From Bacillota bacterium (GTDB lineage: Bacteria; Bacillota; Halanaerobiia; Halanaerobiales; Halarsenatibacteraceae): 64,000 nt of DNA. Made by a program: the position numbers and the translations under genes. The notes under the pieces are model-generated. The model ran no database searches. It was given only the letters and a program-made list of their open reading frames with translations, and was not told the DNA's origin. Where the stretch lies: contig JBNJEB010000001.1 in the NCBI GenBank assembly GCA_051745425.1, positions 23,320-87,319 on the forward strand. The letters are read 5' to 3'. Below are positions 9,813 through 18,794 of this stretch, piece after piece; positions within the stretch are counted from its first letter, which is position 1, and each line of letters opens with the position of its first letter.

Positions 9813-11946
9813 TCTTGTTTGCCTCCATCTCTTCTTCAATATCTTCAGGATAATCAACTCTCTGGTGATAGATACCAGTTAAAATCCTGGTAAAGCTATC
9901 AGAAATTATATTTAAGTCTTTAAGAGTCAGTTCCGAATTATCAAGTTGATTTTCAATTAGCTTCTCTCTAATCAGACCCTTTATTAATACCTCTATCCGA
10001 TTATGGTTGCTTTTATTGAAGTTTTTAGAGCGCACAGCAGCCTCACAGATATCAGCAAGCATAAGTATTGCTGCCTCTTTCGATTCAGGCTTGGGACCGT
10101 CATATCTGAAATTAGATTCATTAAAATTAGAATCATCGCTCTCTTTTAAAGCCTCCTGATAAAAATAGGAGATTAAATTTGTTCCATGATGCTGTTCAAT
10201 GATATCAATTATAGCTGGCGGCAGATTATATTCTCTGGCCATCTCAACCCCATCCTTGGCATGGGATTTAATAATTAAAGCACTTAAATTAGGCTTTATA
10301 TTATCATGGGGGTTTTCGCCACCGAATTGATTGTCACTAAAGAAATACGGTCTGGATAGTTTACCAATATCATGATAATAGGCACCAACTCTGGCCAATA
10401 AAGAATTTGCTCCAATATTATCAGCAGCTGTCTCGGCAAGATTACCTACCAGAACACTGTGGTGATAAGTTCCTGGTGCCTCAACTAATAACTTCCTCAA
10501 TAAAGGCTGACTTGGATTGGAAAGTTCCAGTAATTTTACTGAAGATGTTAAGCCAAATAGACTCTCTAAATAAGGAAGCAGGCCATTGGCAAAAATAGCT
10601 ACTAAAATTCCATTTAATAACCCTATCGCCATTATAATCAAAGTATCAAGGGCTGAATAAGCCGGTTCGATGAATGAAAACATAACCAGGGTTACTATCA
10701 GGGCAGCACTTACATTGAATCCAGCCCGGACCAGATCATTTCTCTGACTTAAGTTTTCAACACTAAAAATACCAACCATACTGCCCACAAAAACAAGGGC
10801 TGCAATACTAAACTCACCACCAAATACCAGTGGTAATAGTAATGTGATATAAAAGGTTACTGCAACAGCTATCGAACTATTTAATAATACAGATAATAAA
10901 ATCGGAACCATAGCAGCTGGAGCCAGATACATTAATATCTTGAGATCAAAGACAGTCAAAATTTTCGATAAAATAAATAGGATTAAAAGTAAAATTTGAA
11001 TAAGGTTAATTTTTTTATTTTCTGCCCAGATATCCGAATGATAGACTCTTATATAATAAACCATCACCAGGGTAACTATAATAAAATACAGGGCAGTTCC
11101 GGTTATCTGAAACCAACTAAGATCAGATTTATTTAAGCCAAACTGATCCAGAAACTCTATATCTTCAGCAGTAAATTCCTCTCCCTTATTAATAATTACT
11201 TCACCGGCAGCTATTTCCCTTGTAATCGGTTCTACCTGATTGGATAATTCATTTTTCAATTCTTCAGTTGCCATGTCATCATAAATAAGGTTAGGAACCA
11301 GGGCCGGTTCAATAAGTCCTAAAAGAAGTTCCCTAACATCACCACTAATATCAGTATCTATCAATCTCTCTTCTATTTCATCATAAACCTGGTCTAACTG
11401 ATCACTGGCTACCCTGCCATTATAAATATCCCTTAATATCTCTTCAGATACCTCTTCCAATCTATCCAGCTCATCTGAACTAAAATCAACCATCAGACTA
11501 AGTTCTTCCTGAGAAAAGTTATGATTTAAAAAATTAAGCTCATAATTAAGGTCCGCAATATCCTCAGTTTCAGGATCAAAATTTCTAATCACATTAAATA
11601 TTTGATTCAACTGTTCCATTGTATCAGAATAAGCCGATCTATTTGTTTCATATACCGGCTCAATTCCGGTCCTTGCTAATTCCCGTCTTTTCTCAGTCTC
11701 CTCTGAATCTATAACAACAGCAGACTGAGGTGCTCTGATCGTTAGAGGACTCTCTTCTCCAATTCGATACTGACCTGTAACAGGAATCAAATGGCCTGTC
11801 AATATAAATATAATGCCCAGACAGAAAATTATTCCAATAACAAGCTTTCTAGTATCAGAGCTTAGATTTACTGGAGATATCTTTGATTCTTTTAATTTAT
11901 TAAAATACTTTTTAATTTTATCCAAAAATTTATTCATTAATAACAC
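9796..11946 (-). CDS. pgpH: 7TM-HD membrane phosphohydrolase (YqfF/PgpH family)
   Basis: 716 aa. Extracytoplasmic N-domain, multiple TM helices, and a C-terminal HD domain (HHSVLVGNL, YYHDIGK, EQHHG). Confidence 0.85.
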   Translation of the reverse strand: MLLMNKFLDKIKKYFNKLKESKISPVNLSSDTRKLVIGIIFCLGIIFILTGHLIPVTGQYRIGEESPLTIRAPQSAVVIDSEETEKRRELARTGIEPVYETNRSAYSDTMEQLNQIFNVIRNFDPETEDIADLNYELNFLNHNFSQEELSLMVDFSSDELDRLEEVSEEILRDIYNGRVASDQLDQVYDEIEERLIDTDISGDVRELLLGLIEPALVPNLIYDDMATEELKNELSNQVEPITREIAAGEVIINKGEEFTAEDIEFLDQFGLNKSDLSWFQITGTALYFIIVTLVMVYYIRVYHSDIWAENKKINLIQILLLILFILSKILTVFDLKILMYLAPAAMVPILLSVLLNSSIAVAVTFYITLLLPLVFGGEFSIAALVFVGSMVGIFSVENLSQRNDLVRAGFNVSAALIVTLVMFSFIEPAYSALDTLIIMAIGLLNGILVAIFANGLLPYLESLFGLTSSVKLLELSNPSQPLLRKLLVEAPGTYHHSVLVGNLAETAADNIGANSLLARVGAYYHDIGKLSRPYFFSDNQFGGENPHDNIKPNLSALIIKSHAKDGVEMAREYNLPPAIIDIIEQHHGTNLISYFYQEALKESDDSNFNESNFRYDGPKPESKEAAILMLADICEAAVRSKNFNKSNHNRIEVLIKGLIREKLIENQLDNSELTLKDLNIISDSFTRILTGIYHQRVDYPEDIEEEMEANKNGNNK

Positions 11947-11964
11947 CTACAGGTAAAACAGAAT

Positions 11965-12921
11965 TTATTTCCCACTCTCTTCATAAGCAGAGATAATCTT
12001 TCTAACTAGATTATGTCTAACAACATCAGTCTCATCGAGATAAATAAAGTCAATCCCCTTAATTCCTGCCAGGATTTTCTCAACTTCTCCCAGACCGGAT
12101 TTCTTGCTATATGGCAGATCAACCTGAGTCACATCGCCGGTAATTACAGCCCTGGAATTAAAGCCAATTCTCGTTAACATCATCTTCATCTGCTCAGAAG
12201 TTGTATTCTGGGCTTCATCAAGAATTATAAAAGAGTCATCCAGGGTCCTCCCTCGCATATAAGCCAGTGGAGCCACCTCAATAATATCTTTTTCCAAATA
12301 ACTATTAACCTTCTCCGGCCCTAAAACATCAAACAAAGAATCATATAGCGGCCTTAAGTAAGGATCAACCTTCTCCTGCATATCTCCTGGTAAAAACCCA
12401 AGATTTTCGCCGGCTTCAATGGCTGGCCTGGTTAAGACTATTCTATTTACATTATTATTCAGGAGATTCTTGACAGCCATAACTACAGCCAGATAGGTCT
12501 TACCTGTACCGGCAGGACCGATCCCAAAAACTATATCTGATCTTTTCATAGCATCAATATATATTTTCTGGCCCAGGGTTTTTGCTTTAATCTCTCTGCC
12601 CTTATAATTAACCTGTAAAACTTCATCATATAAATTTTTAAAGCTCAAATCACTATCATTTTGAAGCTGTTCAATAATATATTTAAGTTGTCTTGAGTTT
12701 ACAGGGTTATCACTTTCCTGTAATTCTAACATCTCTTCAAGGGTCCTTCTGGCAATAAAAACATTCTCTTCAGCCCCCTGAACCTTAATCTCAGTTCCCC
12801 TGGCAATAACTTTAACATCTAATCTATCTTCGATTATTTTTAGATTATCATCTAGCTGACCAAAAATATTTCTGGCCTTATCATAATCTTTTATTGTAAT
12901 AATCTCTTCTTTATTGCTCAC
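11965..12921 (-). CDS. phoH: PhoH-like ATPase (PhoH/YbeZ)
   Basis: P-loop GPAGTGKT with PhoH family sequence. GTG start 12919-12921, 6 nt after GGAGG. Confidence 0.9.
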   Translation of the reverse strand: MSNKEEIITIKDYDKARNIFGQLDDNLKIIEDRLDVKVIARGTEIKVQGAEENVFIARRTLEEMLELQESDNPVNSRQLKYIIEQLQNDSDLSFKNLYDEVLQVNYKGREIKAKTLGQKIYIDAMKRSDIVFGIGPAGTGKTYLAVVMAVKNLLNNNVNRIVLTRPAIEAGENLGFLPGDMQEKVDPYLRPLYDSLFDVLGPEKVNSYLEKDIIEVAPLAYMRGRTLDDSFIILDEAQNTTSEQMKMMLTRIGFNSRAVITGDVTQVDLPYSKKSGLGEVEKILAGIKGIDFIYLDETDVVRHNLVRKIISAYEESGK

Positions 12922-12976
12922 GTTATTCCTCCTTGTAACAGATAATTATTTAAAAATTTAACAAACCCTTCAATTA

Positions 12977-13004
12977 ATTATAACATATCAGGCTCTGCTT
13001 ACAA
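12977..13004 (-). promoter_or_regulatory. candidate sigma-A promoter of the phoH operon
   Basis: Minus strand TTGTAA (12999-13004), 16 nt spacer, TATAAT (12977-12982). Lies about 55 nt upstream of the phoH start. Confidence 0.4.
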
Positions 13005-13012
13005 ATAAGCAT

Positions 13013-13039
13013 AAAAACAGCCATGTTCTCACATGGCTG
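13013..13039 (-). terminator. intrinsic terminator
   Basis: Minus-strand hairpin CAGCCAUGU-GAGA-ACAUGGCUG followed by UUUUU. Confidence 0.6.
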
Positions 13040-13104
13040 AATAATTAAGTTCAGATTTAGCTTTATTCAAGTCTTACTCCTATCCAAATCAAGGAACAGT
13101 TTAG

Positions 13105-13165
13105 TTTTCCTCCGGCTTTGCTCCGGGATTCCTGCGGGAATGCTCCGGGATTTCTCCGGCTTGGT
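13105..13165. repeat. five phased 11-nt direct repeats (CCGGAG core on the minus strand)
   Basis: Plus-strand CTCCGG at 13110, 13121, 13143 and 13154, plus a degenerate CTGCGG at 13132. Spacing is exactly 11 nt. It forms a GC-rich island in an AT-rich intergenic region. Confidence 0.8.
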
Positions 13166-13300
13166 TTCAATTTAATTACAATTCTATTATCGACTATTCC
13201 CTGAATTATATCTTCCTCAGATAAATAGATAAAATTATTCACCTGAATAAATATTATATCATATAACTATTAAAAAAGCTAGACCTTAATTGAAAATTTG

Positions 13301-14128
13301 TTAATTATTTTCAACAGTCAGGGCAAGATGGCCTAAAACTGCTGTATTAAATTCAGCCATCTTCTCATAGCAGGAAGCATGGCCGGCATCATTAATGGTA
13401 ATTAATCTACTATCAGAAATCTTACTGGCTACCTCTTTCATTTTCTCTAAAGGAGTTAAGATATCCCGCTCGCCGGCAACTAAGAGAACCGGCATCTCTA
13501 TTTCAGTCAGCCTGTCTTCGATATCAAAATCATAGGAACTCTCGGCCAGCCGATTAAACCTGGTCAACCATTTTTCATCTAAAACATCAGCAAGAATCTC
13601 TTCTCTGGATGCTAAAAACTCCTGATTATGTTTATAAAAATAATCTGAGTAGATAAAGGGCATCGCCAGCCTAAAAAACTTCCGGCCATCCTTTAAATCC
13701 GCAGCCTCCTGCCAGGCCTGACTGGCAGCTTTTAAATAGGGCGTAACCCTGGCAACTGTATTGGCTAGAACCATTGATTTAATCCGTTCAGGATATTCAA
13801 TAGCCATTAGCATGGCAACCATCGCTCCATAGGATATGCCAACAGGGATAACTTTTTCAACTTCCAAATGATCAAGTAATTGAATAATATCCCTGACATG
13901 AATCTCAATGCTGTAATCCTCTGGATAACTATCTGATAAGCCCTGATCCCTAAAATCAACCCGCAAAACTCTATAATTATTTTCAGTATAGACTGGAACA
14001 AAATCAGCCCAGCTGGCTGTACTCATCATAATTCCATTTAAAATTAAAACAACTGGGCCGCTTTCACCATCTAAATGATAATTTAGCTTTAAACCATCAT
14101 CTACAACAAATTCTGCCATCAACTTCAC
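13301..14128 (-). CDS. alpha/beta-fold hydrolase
   Basis: 275 aa with nucleophile elbow GISYG and C-terminal DAGH (catalytic His context). Confidence 0.75.
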   Translation of the reverse strand: MKLMAEFVVDDGLKLNYHLDGESGPVVLILNGIMMSTASWADFVPVYTENNYRVLRVDFRDQGLSDSYPEDYSIEIHVRDIIQLLDHLEVEKVIPVGISYGAMVAMLMAIEYPERIKSMVLANTVARVTPYLKAASQAWQEAADLKDGRKFFRLAMPFIYSDYFYKHNQEFLASREEILADVLDEKWLTRFNRLAESSYDFDIEDRLTEIEMPVLLVAGERDILTPLEKMKEVASKISDSRLITINDAGHASCYEKMAEFNTAVLGHLALTVENN

Positions 14129-14134
14129 CTCAAT

Positions 14135-15136
14135 TTAATAATCTCTGGATGCTTTTATATTAAAAATATCCTTGGGAAAATAATCTGGCTTCTGAGTAAT
14201 TTTATGATCTGCTGAAATATATCTAACTGTCCCTGTCTTACTCCTCATTACCAGGGAATAGGTTGTTGCCTTATTTCCATGATAGCGGACACCTTTTAAA
14301 AGGTCGCCATCGGTAATACCGGTAACAGCAAACATTACATCATCACCGGCTGCCAGATCTTCAGTCTTATAGATCTTATCAAGATCAGTAATCCCTAAAT
14401 TTCTGGCTTTTTCTTTATCAGTCTCATCCCGGTAAATTAACCTGGCCTGAATCTCACCGCCCAGGCATCTAAGGGCAGCTGCAGTTAAGACTCCTTCAGT
14501 TGCTCCACCAATTCCAATAGCCATATCAATGCCGTTATCATCTAAAGCAGAGGCAATCCCCCCGGCAACATCGCCATCAGCCAGCAATTTAATTCTAGAG
14601 CCTACTGATCTAATCTCTGAGATCAAATCTTTATGCCTCTCTCTATCTAAGACAATTACAGTCAGATCTTTAACGCTCTTATTTAAAGCCTCGGCAGTAG
14701 CTCTGAGATTATCTTCTACACTGGCATCAATATTAATGGCGCCTTTAGCTTTTGGCCCTACCATAACCTTATCCATGTAAATATCCGGGGCCTGGAGCAG
14801 AGTGCCCCTATCGGCCACAGCAACAACTGATAAAGCATTAGGCAGACCCCGGGCTACCAGAGTAGTCCCCTCAACAGGATCAACAGCTATATCAAGCTCC
14901 GGGCCATCTTTCTGATCTCCAATCTTTTCTCCGATATATAAACGGGGAGCTTCATCCTTTTCCCCTTCTCCAATTACCACAATACCGTTTATCTTGACAG
15001 TCTCAAACATTGTCCTCATTGCATCGACTGCTGCCCCATCTGCTGATTTTTTCTGGCCCTTACCCATCCAGGGGGCAGAAGCTAAAGCAGCAGATTCAGT
15101 TACCCGCACAAATTCAATCGCTAATTCTCTTTGCAT
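14135..15136 (-). CDS. glpX: fructose-1,6-bisphosphatase class II (GlpX)
   Basis: 333 aa with GlpX family sequence (ELAIEFVRVTESAALA, VDPVEGTT, GIGGATEGV). Confidence 0.9.
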   Translation of the reverse strand: MQRELAIEFVRVTESAALASAPWMGKGQKKSADGAAVDAMRTMFETVKINGIVVIGEGEKDEAPRLYIGEKIGDQKDGPELDIAVDPVEGTTLVARGLPNALSVVAVADRGTLLQAPDIYMDKVMVGPKAKGAINIDASVEDNLRATAEALNKSVKDLTVIVLDRERHKDLISEIRSVGSRIKLLADGDVAGGIASALDDNGIDMAIGIGGATEGVLTAAALRCLGGEIQARLIYRDETDKEKARNLGITDLDKIYKTEDLAAGDDVMFAVTGITDGDLLKGVRYHGNKATTYSLVMRSKTGTVRYISADHKITQKPDYFPKDIFNIKASRDY

Positions 15137-15139
15137 TAT

Positions 15140-15760
15140 TTAATCACTCCCTATCTCAGTTGCATAATCAACTAAAGCATTATTAATCGAGGTCTTACTG
15201 ATTCTTCCAATAACTTTATCATCTTCAATCACCGGCAATGAATCCACCTTATTATCAACAATTTTTCTGGCGGCCATTAACAGAGTCTCGTCCTCAACAG
15301 CTACAATCACCTTTGGCACCCTGGTCATCGCCAGGCTTACCGGTATCTCATTGAGGTCTCGATTCCCCATCGCCATCTTTAAAAGATCTTTCCTGGAAAT
15401 AACACCAACAAGTTCATCAGACTCATCAATTACAAAGATTGTCCCGGTATCTTCCAGAAACATCGTCACAATCGCATCATAGATACTTGTATCTTCCAGA
15501 ACATTAACCGGTAATGACATAATCTCTTTGACCTTAATATTAAAGAGCGAATCCAGGGAACCAGGTTTAGGTTCCTGACCTTTATAAAAGTAACCTACTC
15601 TTGGCTTGGCATCCAGTATATCAAGTAAAGATAAAACTGAAAGATCGTTTCTAATCGCAGCCCGGGATAGTTCAAGGTTATCAGCTATCTCCTGACTGGT
15701 TATCGGTTGATTATCCTTTACAAGTTCAATTATCTCTTTCTGTCTTCGACTTAGCTCCAT
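15140..15760 (-). CDS. ccpN: CcpN-like transcriptional regulator (HTH plus two CBS domains)
   Basis: N-terminal HTH (ITSQEIADNLELSRAAIRNDLS) followed by a tandem CBS pair. This is the architecture of B. subtilis CcpN. Confidence 0.75.
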   Translation of the reverse strand: MELSRRQKEIIELVKDNQPITSQEIADNLELSRAAIRNDLSVLSLLDILDAKPRVGYFYKGQEPKPGSLDSLFNIKVKEIMSLPVNVLEDTSIYDAIVTMFLEDTGTIFVIDESDELVGVISRKDLLKMAMGNRDLNEIPVSLAMTRVPKVIVAVEDETLLMAARKIVDNKVDSLPVIEDDKVIGRISKTSINNALVDYATEIGSD

Positions 15761-15766
15761 ATCCTA

Positions 15767-18115
15767 TCATTTCCTCATATTACGTAAAATCAACCTCTGT
15801 TCAACCTGGGCCACAAGCCTCCTTGTGTAATTTACAGTATCAGGATTAACACTAATACTATCGATGCCAGCTTCAACTAAAAACTCGGCAAATTCAGGAT
15901 AAACTGAAGGTCCCTGGCCACAGATAGAAACTGTATTGCCATATTTGCCAGCAACATCTATAAGTTCCTGAATGGCAGTCTTAATCGCAGGATTTCTCTC
16001 ATCAAAATAACCCATCCGGTTTAAGATACCTGAATCTCTATCAGCACCCATAATTAACTGGGTTAAGTCATTACTGCCGATACTGAAACCATCTATTAAA
16101 GGACAGAAATCTGCTGCCTGAAAGATAACTGATGGAACTTCAGCCATTATCCAGATTTTGAAATCTCTGCTCCGCTCCAGTCCTTCTTCTTTCAAGATTT
16201 CCAGAGCCCGTTCAACCTCCCAGGTTGTTCTAACAAAGGGAAGCATTAAATTAACATTGGTCAGGTTATATTCATCCCGGACTTTTTTTACAGCCTTGCA
16301 TTCTAATCTAAAACCTTCGATATATTCATCAGAGATATATCTAGAAACTCCTCGCCAGCCTATCATCGGATTGTTTTCTACAGGCTCAACCTCTTCTCCA
16401 CCCTTTAAGCCTCTAAATTCATTTGTCCTGAAATCGCTCATCCTTAAAGTTAATGGTCTTGGATAAATCTCCTGGGCAACCATGGTAATGGCCTCAGATA
16501 ACTGTCTGATAAATAAATCTCCCTCACCCTGCTGTAATAAATAAATCGGATGGGCACCAATCACATTGGAGAAGATAAATTCAATCCGCATCAACCCGAT
16601 TCCATCAAAATCTAAATCTTTATAGCGATTTATCAGATGGGGCTCTCCTAAATTCATATAAATCTTTGTGCCAGTTATCGGTTGGGTCTTAATATTTTCC
16701 GGTGTCTTTAAGACCGGACCAGTACTCTGTTCAGCTGATTCATCCTTTGATTTAACCTTGCCTTCAAAGACAACACCTCTTGTCGAATCAACTGTTACAA
16801 TTTGATTATTCTCTAAAATCTTGGTGGCATCTCCACAGCCAACAATGCAGGGTATTCCTAACTCTCTGGAAACTATAGCTGCATGACAGGTTCTACCGCC
16901 TTCATCTGTAACAACAGCTGCAGCCCTGCGCATGGCTGGAACCATATCAGGATTGGTCATTGAGGCTACAAGAATATCGCCTTCTTTAACCATCTCCAGC
17001 TTATTAAAATCTTCTACAATCACAACTGGACCGCTGGCATTACCAGGCGAAGCATTTAAGCCTCTAACCAGGGGCTGGAGTTCTGCTGCAGTATCAACAA
17101 CAACCTCTTCATCATCACTATATTCATCAAGATCAAGGGTAGTTATTGGCCTGGACTGTAAAAGATAAACCTCAGAATCTTCACCGGCAATAGCCCATTC
17201 AATATCCTGGGGAGCTCCATAGATTTCTTCAATTCTTAAAGCCTGCTGATATAACTTTTCTATCTCATTATCAGTTAATGAAGAATCAGTTACAGCAGCC
17301 CGGCTGAGATAAGAAGCAGTCTTAACCACTTCTGTACCGACAGCTGAATCTCCTTTTTCCACAATCATCTTTATTTTTTTCCCAAGATTCTTTTCAATTA
17401 AATCACCATTATTTTTATCAACTAAATAATCATCAGGGGTAACTAACCCGGAAACAACAGCTTCTCCCAGGCCCCAGCTTGAATTAATTAATAAATGGTC
17501 CTTATTACCTGTAGTCGGATCAACAGTAAAAATAACTCCGGCCTTTTCACCGCTGACCATCTGCTGGACAACAACACTTAAAGCCACATCAGTCTGGACA
17601 AAATCTTTCTCCTGCCGGTAATAAATAGCCCTGGCAGTCCAGAGTGAAGACCAGCATTTCTTAACATGGTATAAAAGTTCATCTGGACCAGAAATATTTA
17701 AATAGGTATCCTGCTGCCCGGCAAAGGAGGCATCTGGTAGATCCTCAGCAGTAGCTGAACTCCTGACAGCGACTTTCTCAGTTTTAACTCCTTTGTTTTT
17801 TAGTTTCTCATAGGCTTCTAATACATCAAGCCTAATTGCTTCAGGCATCTCTCCCTCAGCCATAAAACCTCTAATTTCCCTGGATAGCTGCTGCAGTTCG
17901 CTGGCGTTTTCAGTATCAAGACCATCTAACAATCTTTTAATCTTATCTTCTAAATGATTTTCAGCTAAAAACTCCCTATAAGCCTCAGCAGTTACTGAAA
18001 AACCTGGTGGTACATTTACACCATTATTAGTAAGTTCTCCTAAATTAGCACCTTTACCACCAACCAGATCAATATCGCCTTTACCAATCTCTTCAAACCA
18101 TTTAATGTACTTCAT
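15767..18115 (-). CDS. ppsA: phosphoenolpyruvate synthase (pyruvate, water dikinase)
   Basis: 782 aa. N-terminal ATP-grasp domain, phosphohistidine swivel domain (GGRTCHAAIVSRELGIP), and a C-terminal PEP-utilising barrel. Confidence 0.85.
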   Translation of the reverse strand: MKYIKWFEEIGKGDIDLVGGKGANLGELTNNGVNVPPGFSVTAEAYREFLAENHLEDKIKRLLDGLDTENASELQQLSREIRGFMAEGEMPEAIRLDVLEAYEKLKNKGVKTEKVAVRSSATAEDLPDASFAGQQDTYLNISGPDELLYHVKKCWSSLWTARAIYYRQEKDFVQTDVALSVVVQQMVSGEKAGVIFTVDPTTGNKDHLLINSSWGLGEAVVSGLVTPDDYLVDKNNGDLIEKNLGKKIKMIVEKGDSAVGTEVVKTASYLSRAAVTDSSLTDNEIEKLYQQALRIEEIYGAPQDIEWAIAGEDSEVYLLQSRPITTLDLDEYSDDEEVVVDTAAELQPLVRGLNASPGNASGPVVIVEDFNKLEMVKEGDILVASMTNPDMVPAMRRAAAVVTDEGGRTCHAAIVSRELGIPCIVGCGDATKILENNQIVTVDSTRGVVFEGKVKSKDESAEQSTGPVLKTPENIKTQPITGTKIYMNLGEPHLINRYKDLDFDGIGLMRIEFIFSNVIGAHPIYLLQQGEGDLFIRQLSEAITMVAQEIYPRPLTLRMSDFRTNEFRGLKGGEEVEPVENNPMIGWRGVSRYISDEYIEGFRLECKAVKKVRDEYNLTNVNLMLPFVRTTWEVERALEILKEEGLERSRDFKIWIMAEVPSVIFQAADFCPLIDGFSIGSNDLTQLIMGADRDSGILNRMGYFDERNPAIKTAIQELIDVAGKYGNTVSICGQGPSVYPEFAEFLVEAGIDSISVNPDTVNYTRRLVAQVEQRLILRNMRK

Positions 18116-18197
18116 TTTTTTATCACCCCTATAATATGCTATATATAGTATAACATAATTATCTTAAAAGGCCAATAGTGTACCACATAAAAATAAT

Positions 18198-18217
18198 AAA
18201 GCCCTTTTCAGGGCTTT
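18198..18217 (-). terminator. intrinsic terminator after the 18234-18782 gene
   Basis: Minus-strand hairpin AAAGCCC-UGAAAA-GGGCUUU followed by a U-rich tract. Confidence 0.5.
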
Positions 18218-18233
18218 ATGTTACGCTATTAAT

Positions 18234-18782
18234 TTATTCTTTATCTTTATAAACCGGTTTATAGGGTTTTAAACTTCTTGGAGGTGATAAAATCTCTTTC
18301 ATCATTATTCCTGTTACCAGTGACTTATTATCAAAGCTCAAATCACTTGCTATTTCATCACTGCTCCCTATTTCACCTGACTCAATAATAGATTTTCTTT
18401 CATATTTTGGTCTACCAGTTTTTTTATTATCGCTTTTATCCTTTGCTTCCTGTCTTTCCTTATATTTTTTAACAGTATCAGATTCCAGAACTTCAGGTTT
18501 TTCCTTCTTTTTTTTCTTATCACCAAATTTATCATCAATCTCGGATAAATCCAGATCAAAGCCAGGTGGCGGTCCCTTTCTAGAACCTGGAGTAGATCTT
18601 GAAGTTCTAGATCTTTTATTACTCTTACTAGAGCTGCTTTTACGGCTATTTTGATCTGATTTACTGGTCTTTTCAGATCTTTCTTCAACACCTTTAAAAA
18701 CCCTGATAATAAATCTAATTATCCTGGTTAAAATTACAATAAAGAAAAAGACAAATAATAGGAGTGAAAGTAGAGCTTCCAT
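18234..18782 (-). CDS. hypothetical membrane-anchored Lys/Ser/Arg-rich low-complexity protein
   Basis: 182 aa with one N-terminal TM helix followed by a highly charged low-complexity tail. Lies at the position of yqfB after floA. No recognisable domain. Confidence 0.5.
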   Translation of the reverse strand: MEALLSLLLFVFFFIVILTRIIRFIIRVFKGVEERSEKTSKSDQNSRKSSSSKSNKRSRTSRSTPGSRKGPPPGFDLDLSEIDDKFGDKKKKKEKPEVLESDTVKKYKERQEAKDKSDNKKTGRPKYERKSIIESGEIGSSDEIASDLSFDNKSLVTGIMMKEILSPPRSLKPYKPVYKDKE

Positions 18783-18794
18783 TTAAATCACCCC

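Noticed and set aside
13066-13245. 59-codon GTG-initiated ORF (MNNFIYLSEEDIIQGIVDNRIVIKLKPSRRNPGAFPQESRSKAGGKLNCSLIWIGVRLE) spanning the 11-nt repeat array.
   Set aside because: There is no credible RBS and the start is non-ATG. The repeat period is not a multiple of three. At most it is a decayed gene fragment, so it is not reported as a CDS.
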